The notes beneath the pieces are model-generated. The model searched no databases, had not been told where the DNA came from, and was given only the letters and a program-made list of their open reading frames with translations. A DNA stretch of 64,000 nt from Anolis carolinensis (Eukaryota), in NCBI RefSeq assembly GCF_035594765.1, contig NC_085844.1, positions 10,183,923-10,247,922 of the forward strand, given 5' to 3'. Every line of letters starts with the position of its first letter. The stretch's first letter is position 1. Made by a program: the position numbers and the translations under genes. This document shows, in pieces, positions 39,001-49,679 of this stretch.

Positions 39001-39830
39001 TCATAAGTTGCTATCTTCACATCACAAGGCCAGAACGTCATTTTAGTGGCTATCAAGATAATATCTAGCTTTAAAGGCAGAAACTCTGACTATGTGAGGC
39101 TGTGGCATCTCTACTGACTTTGGTAATGTAGTTAAATGAAACTGGATCCTCTTCTCTCCCTCCCCCCTTCTTCATTCATCAACGTACCTGTGATACTTAA
39201 ACAAATAGGTTCAAGCTCATGCAGTGTCACTTTAAGTAGGATCACACAAGAAAACAATAGAACTGGTGTGCTTTCCATATTCAGATTATTTGTTTATTGA
39301 TATTTGATGTTTGCAATTTAATTCTAAATGATATACATTCTAAAATTAGAGATACAGATAGGAGATTAGGAGAAAAATATACAAAGGGAAAGAAAAAGAT
39401 ACAATAGTATAGTATAAGTATAGTATATAAGTATAGTATAGATTCTGAGTATAGTATAAAGGAAAGAAAACAATAATTATTATTCTATATCCCAATATAA
39501 GCAAAAAAAGAGAAGACTGTTGCATGTATAGGTTATCTGTGAATCAGCAGGAACATATAGCATCCATAATGCATATTCCTTTAGATGAGGCATGGGAAAC
39601 CTTCAGCCCTCCAGGTGTTTTGGACTCTAACAGCTGGTTGGCTGCTAGAAATTATGGGAGTTTGGGTCCAAAACACCTGGAGGGCCAAAATTTGCCCATG
39701 CCTTTTTTTATACTATTCAAAGGTGTTTGTATATTTTAACAAACCTAAGTATAAAGAGATATTTTTAAGAAATTGACAAAAGGCTGACCCTGACCCGGGG
39801 GGGGGGGGGGGCTTATAACTGGCTCTCATT

Positions 39831-40779
39831 TCAAATTTCCTGATTCCCTCTGCAATAGTCTTCCTCTTCCTTGAAAAGTTTCTCCAACACTTTATTGATT
39901 TTGTTGTTGGATCTCCCCCCTTTATCTCTTCCCACCAAATAATAAATCATGGGGTTAATAGCACTGTTTACAGAGACACAGATGTAAGTATATTCATAAA
40001 AAAAACAATATTCACAGGTTATGTTAAAAATGTGAATGGCATTATATGGAAAAGCAAAGAGGAGAAAGAAGAGAAGAGTAAGCCAAATGGTTCTTAACAG
40101 TTTTCCTTTCTTCTTTTGTGGTGGTCTTAAGCAGAATTTAATAAAAATGGCTATAGTGGACACACACATGATGGGCATGCAAACCACAGCATTCAAGAAA
40201 AAACTGTATATACAGCATGTGATCATATCCATTTAATAAGAGAGTGTGACTTATAGCAGTAGTTAAGAAGCTGGAGATCCAGACAATGACACACAAAGCA
40301 GTGGATAAATGTGTTGGCCGGTGGCATCGATGCCAGAGTGGGAAGAAGAGACACACACACCTGTCAATGCTGATGATTGCCATGAGGTACTGACTAGCAG
40401 TGAATGTGAACGTAAAGATGGCAAAGTAGAAGAAATTGGAAATAGAGATACTATTAATCCAATTAATAAGATAAAGTATTTCCCAAATCATTTCATTGTT
40501 GAGCACAGCAAAATCTGCAATGGAAAGGTTCAAAATGTATGTGGTGAAGGGAGTCCTTTTAATACGGAAGCCAAGAAGCCAAATGACAATTCCATTCCCC
40601 ACAAGTCCAGGAAGGCAGATGAGAAGCTTGATGATTCTTATGAAATGTAAAACATTATCCCCATTATCTGAGAACGTTTTATTTTTTTGTGACTCATTAT
40701 AATCCATTATATTCTCGGTTGCATTATATTCCAAGGAAGCATTCACAGAAGAGAAGAGTGACTTGCTGAATTTTGTCAT
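39831..40779 (-). pseudogene. Mas-related GPCR type B2 with a single +1 frameshift (pseudogene or sequencing error)
   Basis: ORFs 40138-40779 and 39831-40232 together give a full 7TM receptor; CAAGAAAAAACTG at about 40194-40206 versus CAAGATAAACTG/CAAGATCAACTG in paralogs. Confidence 0.85.
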
Positions 40780-41046
40780 CCTGAAGGTTTATTCTGGAAT
40801 ACACACTCCTTCTGGAATACACACTCCTTCAAGGGAAGAGAAAAGGAAAAATTACTTTCCAGCTCTGCAGAATAATGAACAATCAAACTATAGTCTGGAG
40901 TCCTTTTCTTCCCTTTTATTCATGCTTATGAGAATCATAGAGGGGGGTTTAGTTTGAAGTAGATACTCCTATAAGAGAAGAGACAGAGGGATAATCGCTT
41001 TCTAACCCCCAGCAGAATAATGACTTGAACAATACACAGGCTGGAG

Positions 41047-41340
41047 CAGGCCCGTAGCCAGGATTTTGTTTTGGGAGGGGCTGGGATTTTGGTTGGGGGG
41101 GGGGGGCTCAGTCTGAGCGGGAGAGGGTCTAACCTAGCAAACCTTTTGTATAGTTATCCCAATACCCCCACGCATATGGGATATATTGAGCATGGTGATC
41201 AGATCATGATATGAATAAACATAACAGTTTAAATAATAAATGTCAGGCCTTCTCTCGGACCACCCTGAGAATTTTGGAGGGGGGGCTGAAGCCCCTCAAG
41301 CCCCCCCCCCCCCCCCCCCCCCCCCCCGTCTACATGCCTG
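41047..41340. mobile_element. Non-autonomous hAT element specific to unit 2
   Basis: 8-bp TSD GGCTGGAG, imperfect TIRs CAGGCCCGTAG/CTACATGCCTG; empty sites at about 27544 and 55163. Confidence 0.88.
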
Positions 41341-41884
41341 GGCTGGAGTTATTTCCACAGAGTACTTTCTTGCTACCTGTGTTATCCCAGTTTTTCTGAA
41401 CATAGTTCCTTGCATACAGTGCCCTTGTTCTGGTGGGTGAGGGGGCTTTCTAGGTCCAGCTCTGCTTCTAGTCACTGATTCAAAGGGTAGCAGAAAGTCT
41501 GCACTACTTAGGAAGTAATAATCAGGTTTATGATGAAGATGGAACGTCACTGGTGCAGCATCAAGTCATCTATTTATTTATTTTATTTCTTTGTGGTATT
41601 TGTGGTATTCTCAATCTCGAAGGGGACTCAGGGTGGTTCACAGTGTTGGTAACAATTCAATGGCCGTGATAAAAAAACCCAGCATAAAACATCAAAGTTG
41701 ACCCTCCCCTAATAAAATTTTAAACATTATTGAACACATCACATAAAATAACATCATATATCACACAAAGACATAGCCGTTGTCCATAAACAGTCCTGGT
41801 CATTGCACTTTCAACTTTCACTTTAACTTTAAATATTCCCATGATGGGCCAAATGCCTGGTTCCACAGGCAGGTCTTTATCTGT

Positions 41885-42204
41885 GGTGGCACAGTTTGTT
41901 AAAGCGCTGAGCTGCTGAACTTGCAGACCGAAAGGTCCCAGGTTCAAATCCTGGTAGCAGAATGAGCGCCCGCTGTTAGCCCCAGCTTCTGCCAACCTGA
42001 CAGTTCGAAAACATGCCAATGTGAGTAGATCAATAGGTACCGCTCCAGTGGGAAGGTAACGGTGCTCCATGCAGTCATGCCGGCCACATGACCTTGGAGG
42101 TGTCTACAGACAACGCCGGCTCTTTGGTTTAGAAATGGAGATGAGCACCAACCCCCAAAGTCGGTCACAACTGGACTTAACGTCAGGGGAAAACCTTTAC
42201 CTTT
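41885..42204 (+). mobile_element. Sauria SINE specific to unit 2
   Basis: A box GTGGCACAGTTTG, B box GGTTCAAATCC, (ACCTTT)n tail; empty site at about 28080. Confidence 0.9.
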
Positions 42205-42364
42205 TAAAGGTCAGGAGGGAGCGACCTGATCTGTGAGATTCCTCCGGCCCTAAGAACCTGGAGGGCCATAGATTGTGCAGGCCTTGTTTAAGTGGTCTTA
42301 AGCCTCTGTGGTGAATTTTGAAATAAAATCAAGCAGAAGAGATTGAAATACATAATGCTCTATA

Positions 42365-45300
42365 ATGCTGTGTCCGCCGGGTTTCGGGGTGCATCAGCAG
42401 GCCAGGGGTGGGGGGCGGGGAGGAGGAGTTGCGGTGATCTTTCTGCAGTCCATCGCCCTGATCAGATGCGCCGTTCCGCAATCGTCGAGGTTCGAGTGTG
42501 TCTTCCTGAAGGTGGGAGCCCGAGACAGTCTGGGGATTCTGCTGGTGTACCGTCCACCCCACGACCCAGCAGTCTCTCTGTCCGAGCTAGCAGAAGTGGT
42601 CTCTAATGTGGCCCTTGTCTCCCAACAACTCATAGTTTTGGGGGACTTTAACATTCATGCTGAGACCACATTGACAGGTGCAGCTCAGGATTTCATGGTT
42701 GCCATGACGACCATGGGGCTGTCTCAAGTGATATCTGGGCCACACATCAGGCGGGTCACACGCTGGACCTTGTTTTTATTGTGGACGGTGGGATAGTCAG
42801 AGTGGAAGAGCAAAATATTCTTCCATTGTCATGGTCTGACCATCATCTGATCTGTTTAAGTTTCGCCGTGTCTTCTAACCTCCGCAGGGGTGGTGGACCC
42901 ACTAAGATGGTCCGCCCCAGGAGACTGATGGATCCAGATGGACTCCTGAGGTCTCTTGGGGATCTTCCTGTTCTGGAGACTGGCGATCCTGTCGATGTCC
43001 TTGCTGATCGCTATAACAGGGAGTTGGCAGGGGCACTGGACACGATCGCTCCCGAATGTCCCCTCTCTCTGCGTAGAGCCACGTCGACTCCTTGGTTCAC
43101 TGAGGAACTGGCTGTGATGAAGCGTGCGAGGAGGGGACTAGAGTGCATCTGGAGGAAATCTCAGGATGTGTCTGACCAAGCACGGGCTAAAGCCGCTATT
43201 AAGGCTTACTCCGTGGCTTTGCGAGCAGCCAGGAAAGCTTTCACGACTGCCCGCATAGCGTCTGCGGCCAATAGGCCTTCGGAGTTGTTCCGAGTTGTTG
43301 GGGAGCACCTGCAGCCTCCTGAGGCCCAGGGGCTTCCCGATGACTTGGCAACTAGGTGCAGCGATTTCGCGCACCATTTTGCAGGCAAAGTTGCTCAGAT
43401 ACGCCTTGAGCTAGACTCCAATTTAATTGTAGTCCCAGAAGAGGTAACCGAGGTACCTGTCTGTTCGATCTTATGGGATTCTTTCCGGCTTGTTCTTCCT
43501 GATGACGTGGAGGGGATTCTTGGGTCTGTGAGGGCGACCACCTGCGCTCTGGATCCTTGTCCCTCCTGGCTGGTTAAGCTGGCCAAAGATGGGTTGTTGG
43601 ATTGGTTTGTGATCATAATAAATGCTTCTTTGGTTCAGGGGTCAGTTCCATCCTGCTTTAAGCAGGCGGTAGTAAAACCACTACTAAAAATGCCCTCGCT
43701 TGATCCATCTGTTTGTAACAACTACAGACCAATCTTCAACCTCCCGTTTTTGGGCAAGGTTCTGGAGCGGGTGGTTGCCACGCAGCTCCAGGAGTTCCTC
43801 GATGACACTGATTTTCTGGACCGCTCGCAGTCTGGCTTCAGGCCTGGGCACAGTACCGAGACGGCTTTGGTCGCCTTGGTGGATGACCTCCGCAGGGAGC
43901 TGGACAGGGGGAGTGTGACCCTGCTGGTTCTCTTGGACATCTCAGCGGCTTTCGATACCATCGACCATGGTATCCTTCTGGGGAGGCTCTCCGGGATGGG
44001 GCTTGGTGGCACTGTTCTGCAGTGGCTCCGGTCCTTCCTGGAGGGTCGTTCCCAGATAGTGAAGCTGGGGGATACCTGCTCGGACCCCTGGCCATTGACC
44101 TGTGGGGTCCCGCAAGGGTCTATTTTATCCCCCATGCTATTCAACATCTACATGAAACCGTTGGGAGAGGTCATCCGGAGTTTTGGAGGGTGTTGCCATC
44201 TCTACGCAGATGACATGCAAATCCACTACTCATTTCCATCTAACTCCAAGGAAGCCGCTCGGATTCTGAACCAGTGCCTGGCCGCTGTGGTGGACTGGAT
44301 GAGGAGGAACAAGCTGAGGATCAATCCTGATAAGACAGAGGCCCTCCTGGTCAGTCGCTCGTCGGATCGGGGTATTGGGTGGCAACCTGTGCTGGACGGG
44401 GTTGCACTCCCCCTGAAATCACAGGTCCGCAGTTTGGGGGTCCTCCTGGACTCAGCGTTGACGCTTGAGGCTCAGGTGTCGGCAGTGGCTGGGAGGGCCT
44501 TCGCACAACTCAAACTTGTGCGCCAACTGCGACCATACCTCGTGAAGTCTGACTTGACCACGGTGGTGCATGCCTTAGTTACCTCTAGACTGGACTACTG
44601 TAATGCGCTCTACGTGGGGCTTCCCTTGAAGACGACCCGGAAACTACAATTGGTTCAGCGTTCGGCGGCCAGATTAATAACAGGGGCGAGCTACAGGGAA
44701 CGATCTACTCCCCTGTTCAAAGAGCTCCACTGGCTGCCGTTCACTTTCCGGTCCCAATTCAAGGTGCAGACCATCATCTATAAAGCCCTAAACGGTTTGG
44801 GACCCACCTACCTTAGTGACCGTATCTCCTATCATAAACCTGCCCGATCCCTTCGTTCATCCGGGGAGGCCCTTCTTTCGCCACTGCCTTTATCCCAGGC
44901 CCATCTTGTGGGAACGAGGGAGAGGGCCTTTTCTGCTGTGGCCCCCCGACTGTGGAATTCACTGCCCACTGAGATCAGGCAAGCCCCCACCTTGTTAGCC
45001 TTTAAGAAAGTTCTAAAAACATGGCTTTTCCGATGTGCCTTTGGGGAGTAAATGTTATATACCTCTTTGGTTATTCCCCTTGGATTCTGTCCTTTAGACT
45101 GCTCCACCATTTTATATCCCTGTTCCCTTTATTCGTATGCTTCTCTCTCCCGAGTTTTTAATTAAGTGTTCATGTGGCCCGCCCTGTTTTTTACTGTTTT
45201 CTCTGATTTGTGCTGTAATGTATATGATTATTTTTGCACTGTTATATTGTGTTATGATATGTTGTTTTATTTTGTTATATTGTATGGTGTCTGGGCATGG

Positions 45301-45380
45301 CCCCATGTAAGCCGCCCCGAGTCCCCGTTGGGGAGATGGTGGCGGGGTATAAATAAAGTTTCATTATTATATTATTATTA
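42365..45380 (+). mobile_element. Young 5'-truncated L2 LINE specific to unit 2
   Basis: Partial APE endonuclease (VYRPP, LGDFNIH, WSDH), RT ORF, 3'UTR ending AATAAA plus (TTA)n; empty site at about 28230. Confidence 0.93.
42781..45051 (+). CDS. L2 ORF2 reverse transcriptase portion (756 aa open; upstream endonuclease frameshifted and truncated)
   Basis: NYRPI, QSGFRPGHSTET, SAAFDTIDH, GVPQGSILSP, LYADD, SRLDYCN, LHWLP motifs. Confidence 0.88.
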   Translation: MDGGIVRVEEQNILPLSWSDHHLICLSFAVSSNLRRGGGPTKMVRPRRLMDPDGLLRSLGDLPVLETGDPVDVLADRYNRELAGALDTIAPECPLSLRRATSTPWFTEELAVMKRARRGLECIWRKSQDVSDQARAKAAIKAYSVALRAARKAFTTARIASAANRPSELFRVVGEHLQPPEAQGLPDDLATRCSDFAHHFAGKVAQIRLELDSNLIVVPEEVTEVPVCSILWDSFRLVLPDDVEGILGSVRATTCALDPCPSWLVKLAKDGLLDWFVIIINASLVQGSVPSCFKQAVVKPLLKMPSLDPSVCNNYRPIFNLPFLGKVLERVVATQLQEFLDDTDFLDRSQSGFRPGHSTETALVALVDDLRRELDRGSVTLLVLLDISAAFDTIDHGILLGRLSGMGLGGTVLQWLRSFLEGRSQIVKLGDTCSDPWPLTCGVPQGSILSPMLFNIYMKPLGEVIRSFGGCCHLYADDMQIHYSFPSNSKEAARILNQCLAAVVDWMRRNKLRINPDKTEALLVSRSSDRGIGWQPVLDGVALPLKSQVRSLGVLLDSALTLEAQVSAVAGRAFAQLKLVRQLRPYLVKSDLTTVVHALVTSRLDYCNALYVGLPLKTTRKLQLVQRSAARLITGASYRERSTPLFKELHWLPFTFRSQFKVQTIIYKALNGLGPTYLSDRISYHKPARSLRSSGEALLSPLPLSQAHLVGTRERAFSAVAPRLWNSLPTEIRQAPTLLAFKKVLKTWLFRCAFGE

Positions 45381-46465
45381 TAGTGAAGGTACACAAAGTG
45401 CAGGTTTTAGATTGATTGTAGCTTCCTCTGACTTTTAAAAACTTCACTGAATTCATACCCCCGCCTTACAAATGGCACATCATACAACTCCAATGCCTAT
45501 GGTTTACTGTTCGTACCTTTGACAGACTTTCTTAAGGCCTATAAAGGTTTTTTTTTTGGCTTTTATATTTCAGAAGATAAAGTCTCATTATCTTTGAGTG
45601 CTTTGCCACAAAGCAACCTGAACAAAAATAATCTAATGATAAATAAGAGGGAATTAGTTATAAACTATCAATATCTATGTAACTCTATATCTGGAATTTC
45701 CAGTCTGGGATTCAAGGTTGTTTAGAAAGAGATACATTTTAAAAAATGACTTCATGCAGTTTTTTTAAAAAAATATGATGAAACTAAGAATGGAATAAAA
45801 GAAGTTTCAAGCATGATCAATACAAATAAAGCAAGAAATTTTATAACACATTCTGAAATGTCTACCTCTTCAAAAATAGCTATAGAAATTTCAGAAATGT
45901 TCACAATCAACTTGGGTCCTATATGCAGAGAAAGATGGAATAAAAAGAAAGTAAAACTATTTTGAATTAAATATGTTCCAGTCAAGGGATGGGTCGGATC
46001 CATTGGTCTTTGAAGTGTGTGTCACACTTCTGTGGGTGAGGAAATTGTAGCCTTTGACTAAATGTCACTGCTGTGTGCGTAAATGGCCAGTTCCATCTAT
46101 TTATCAGTCATTGGAAGGGATTGCTACCCCCTCACCCCCCTTTCCTATTGCATGACCATGTGCTGAAAGAAATGGCCATTTTGGGGAAAGATCTGAACAG
46201 GATGAAGTTTCCAAGTCCAGCATCTCTTTGCCTTGTCAGATTTCAAAATTAGTGGACATAAGAACTAGAACAGAGTGGAGAAGGTGAGGGGTGAATCTGA
46301 TGTAAAGCCCTTCTATTTGGTTCTATATCATTTTGAGAACCATAACGGTTAACTAAAATTCTCTGCAGGGTTTAACTGGGAATGTGAAGGGAGATGGGCA
46401 TGGGTGAACCAGAGAAAGGGAGAATTTTGCAGAATGAAAAAAAGTTACTCTACAGACTGTCCTAC

Positions 46466-46895
46466 CTTGTTCCAGTTACACCTGTTTGCTTCCAAATGCA
46501 AGTTGGAAGGATTGGGATGTTCTCCTTCTAGACTGCGGGAAATACTCAGTTCTCTGCTTCCAGAGGAATTTCTCCATCCAGCAGTGAGAAAACAATTTCA
46601 GATATGAAGAATCGGAGAGGTGCTTTATATTATTCTACAAGAGTGGGGGTTAGATTGGTATAACAACGAGACTTCCAGGAAATCCATTATCAGGAAGACC
46701 AATATTCAAGATCTTGATCCTGCCCCTTTCACAGGATGCATCTCAAATCTCCTGTGTGATTCAAAACATTTTTCTACATTTGAAAGCTCATGTGAAATCT
46801 TCACTTTATATCATTAAGCCTAACTCAGCATTAGGAATTACTTGGAACCTAAGCCAACAGTACAGGCATTTATGGGGAAGTTGCCATGGTCCACA
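46466..46895 (-). promoter_or_regulatory. Candidate exon 1/promoter of type-B2 gene
   Basis: Paralog of 29313-29740; donor at 46466/46465, TATAAA at 46624-46629. Confidence 0.5.
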
Positions 46896-47431
46896 TTAGA
46901 ATTCAGTCAGCTGTCTCTTGTTAGACTGGATGGCCCATGAAGTCTCTTCCACAAGGTCTCTTCCAACACTTTGATTCTCTGATTCTCTGATGAGCTTAAC
47001 CAGTAGCTCATCAGCATTTGTGGGACATGTGTGTGTACACATAGTTGCAACAAACAAGTAATTTGCTAGAATTCCCCAAAATTAAAAGTTTTCTGCAAAA
47101 TATGACTTTCACATTTTGCAAAATTGCAGCCATTGAAAAAAGACCTCCTAGACATATTTGTTTCAAATGAGATATGAGATCTCTCAATAAAGAATTCCCA
47201 AAGAACTGATTCTTTCTACTAAAATCTCAGTTGTGTGTTTTGGAGTTTTAAATTGACTAGGCAGAGTCTTCTTTTTTTCCAGTTCACATGGGTCACTAGG
47301 AATTCTTAATTTCTTTCTTTAAAATCCATGTTTTGTGCAATGCTTGAATAACTTCATGGGCTCAAGAAGACGAAGAAGATGAAAAAGAAGAAGAAGAAGA
47401 AGAAGAAGAAGAAGAAGAAGAAGAAGAAGAG

Positions 47432-47740
47432 GAAACAGGAAAAACTCAGCCATTATCAGGACCTCAAAATCGAACGGCAAAGCTCTGGCATAAAACAGTC
47501 CAGGTGGTAATCGGCACACTGGGTGCCATGCCAAAAGATCTCAGCTGGCATTTGGAAACAATAGACATTGACAAAATTACGATCTGCCAGCTGCAAAAGG
47601 CCACCCTGCTGGGATCTACGCGCATCATCCGAAAATACATCACACAGTCCTAGACACTTGGGAATTGTCAGACTTGTGATTTTGTGATATGAAATCCAGC
47701 ATATCTATCTTGTTTGCTGTGTCATAATAAAATAATAATA
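47432..47740 (+). mobile_element. Recombinant R4/Dong fragment
   Basis: 5' part and left flank match 30412-30772; 3' part and right flank match 30965-31264. Confidence 0.75.
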
Positions 47741-48316
47741 TAGTTTTTTCTACTCACCTTTCCTCATTATTTGTGATGGGCTACAAATAATTAAAAGACA
47801 TAAACACAGCAAAAACACTATAAATATACACACAAAAATGTACTTCTATAAAAATTACCTACCAAAATGTATCTCTATGAAATACATATGAAACAGACAA
47901 ACAGAGATTAAACAAAGGACAAACGAACACCAAAACACACACACACACACAAAGACAAGGGCTGCAGTGTGCTCATGAGGATCTTCAAAGGCAGCAATAG
48001 AGTGATGGCTGGAGATGTTCTGGCCTCTTTTGCAGCAGCCACAGCAAAGTCCTTAGATCTTGTCGCCCTGTTGCCGTTGGAGGGATGGGCTCCCGGCAGG
48101 TGGTGCAGGAGACACGACGCTGCTGTATTCCGCTTTATGGCCTCAGACCATGGCCATAAACCCATGTTTGCATTAATTGCTGGGTGTCATCTTGACAGAA
48201 GTGTTTTGGTGGCATGATCTTCATCTGAATCCAATCTCCCAGATCATATAAATGGAATATGGAAGAAAAATATTTTGCTGTATTTGCTATTTTTGCTGTT
48301 GTTTCTGTGAGCTTGG

Positions 48317-48648
48317 TCTTGGTCTATTAGTTGCAAACATAATGTGCGCAGTCGTGAAAGTCTTTCTGGCTGCGCGCATTGCCACGGAGTATGCCTTAAG
48401 AGAGGCTTTAGCCCGTGTTCGGTCGGATACACTTTGAGTCCTCCGCCAACAGGTCTCTAGCCCCTGCCTCGTTCGCTTCATCACCGCGAGCTCCCCAGTA
48501 AACCAGGGGGCTGGTTTGGACCGATGCGACAAGAGGGGATGCTCAGGGGCAATCGTGTCTATTGCCCTAGAGACCCCCGTGTTATAGAGATCTACCAGGA
48601 CATCGACAGGATTGTCAGCCAGCATGGCAGGAAAATCCCCAAGAGACG
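48317..48648 (-). mobile_element. Residual 5' part of the L2 seen at 32899-35182
   Basis: Matches 34853-35182; remainder removed by a ~3-kb deletion. Confidence 0.8.
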
Positions 48649-48810
48649 TCCAAAACACCTGGAGGGCCAAAGTTTGCCCATGCCTGCTTTAGACTATTTA
48701 AAGGCATTTGGATATTCTAACAAATTGTAATATAAAACGTCATTTTGTCTAACACATTTATAAAAGGATAACTGCCCTGACCTGGGGGGTAGTTATAACT
48801 GGGTCTTATT

Positions 48811-49679
48811 TCAGATTTCCTGATTCCCTCTACAACAGTCTTCCTCTTCCTTGAAAAGTTTCTCCAGCACTTTATTGATTTGCTTGCTAGATCTCTCTCT
48901 TTTATCTCTTCCCACCAAATAATAAATCATGGGGTTAATGGCACTGTTTACAGAGACACTTATGAAGCCATATATATAGAAGAGGTATTGATGATTAAAT
49001 AGAGCCATAACATGAATGACATTAAATGGAAAAGCAAAGAGGAGGAAGAAGAAAAGAGTAAGCCAAATGGTTCTTAACAGTTTTCCTTTCTTCTTTTGTG
49101 GTGGTCTTAAGCAGAATTTAATAAAAATGGCTAAAGTGGACACACACATGATGGGCAGGCAAACCACAGCATTCAAGATAAACCGTATATACAGCATGTG
49201 ATCATACCCATTTAATAAGAGAGTGAGACTTATAGCAGTAGTTAAGAAGCTGAAGATCCAGAAAATGGAAAGAAGACACAGACACACCTGTCAATGCTGA
49301 TGAGCGACAGTAGACACTGACTAGTGCTGAACATGAATCGAAAGAGAGTGTTAAAGAATATTATTGAGAATTGATGCATGTCTACATAGGTGAGTAATTG
49401 TGCAAGCCAAATTGTATTTATAGCAACAATAGCTGTGACCACACCAAAATCAGCTATGGCTAGGTTCAAGACATAGGTATTGAAAGGATTTCTCTTAATG
49501 CAGAAGCCAAGAAGCCAGAAGACAACCCCATTCCCTACAAATCCCAAAAGGCTGGTAGAAAGAGCCATGATGGTTGTCAGAAATATCACTACACTTGGTA
49601 ACACTGCCTCATTTTCTGATCCATTATACCACATTTCAGGATTGGGCAGAGTCCTCAGGGACAGGTTGGAATCAGCCAT
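48811..49679 (-). pseudogene. Chimeric MRGPR (type-A N-terminus to TM3 plus type-B3 TM4-TM7), frameshifted at junction
   Basis: ORF 49242-49679 matches type-A residues 1-139 then stops; ORF 48811-49287 carries a type-B-like C-half; net 52-bp loss at junction. Confidence 0.92.

Larger units (their letters stand above)
35804..49263. repeat. Segmental tandem duplication unit 2 (~13.5 kb, most diverged)
   Basis: Colinear with unit 1, with private insertions (hAT, Sauria SINE, L2) and deletions. Confidence 0.9.

Noticed and set aside
41885-41960. tRNA gene (also 3460-3542)
   Set aside because: A/B boxes are SINE heads followed by SINE body and tail; no complete cloverleaf seen
48811-49679. Chimera as a functional full-length hybrid receptor
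   Set aside because: The 52-bp loss is out of frame and removes ICL2 and the start of TM4; no obvious rescuing intron seen
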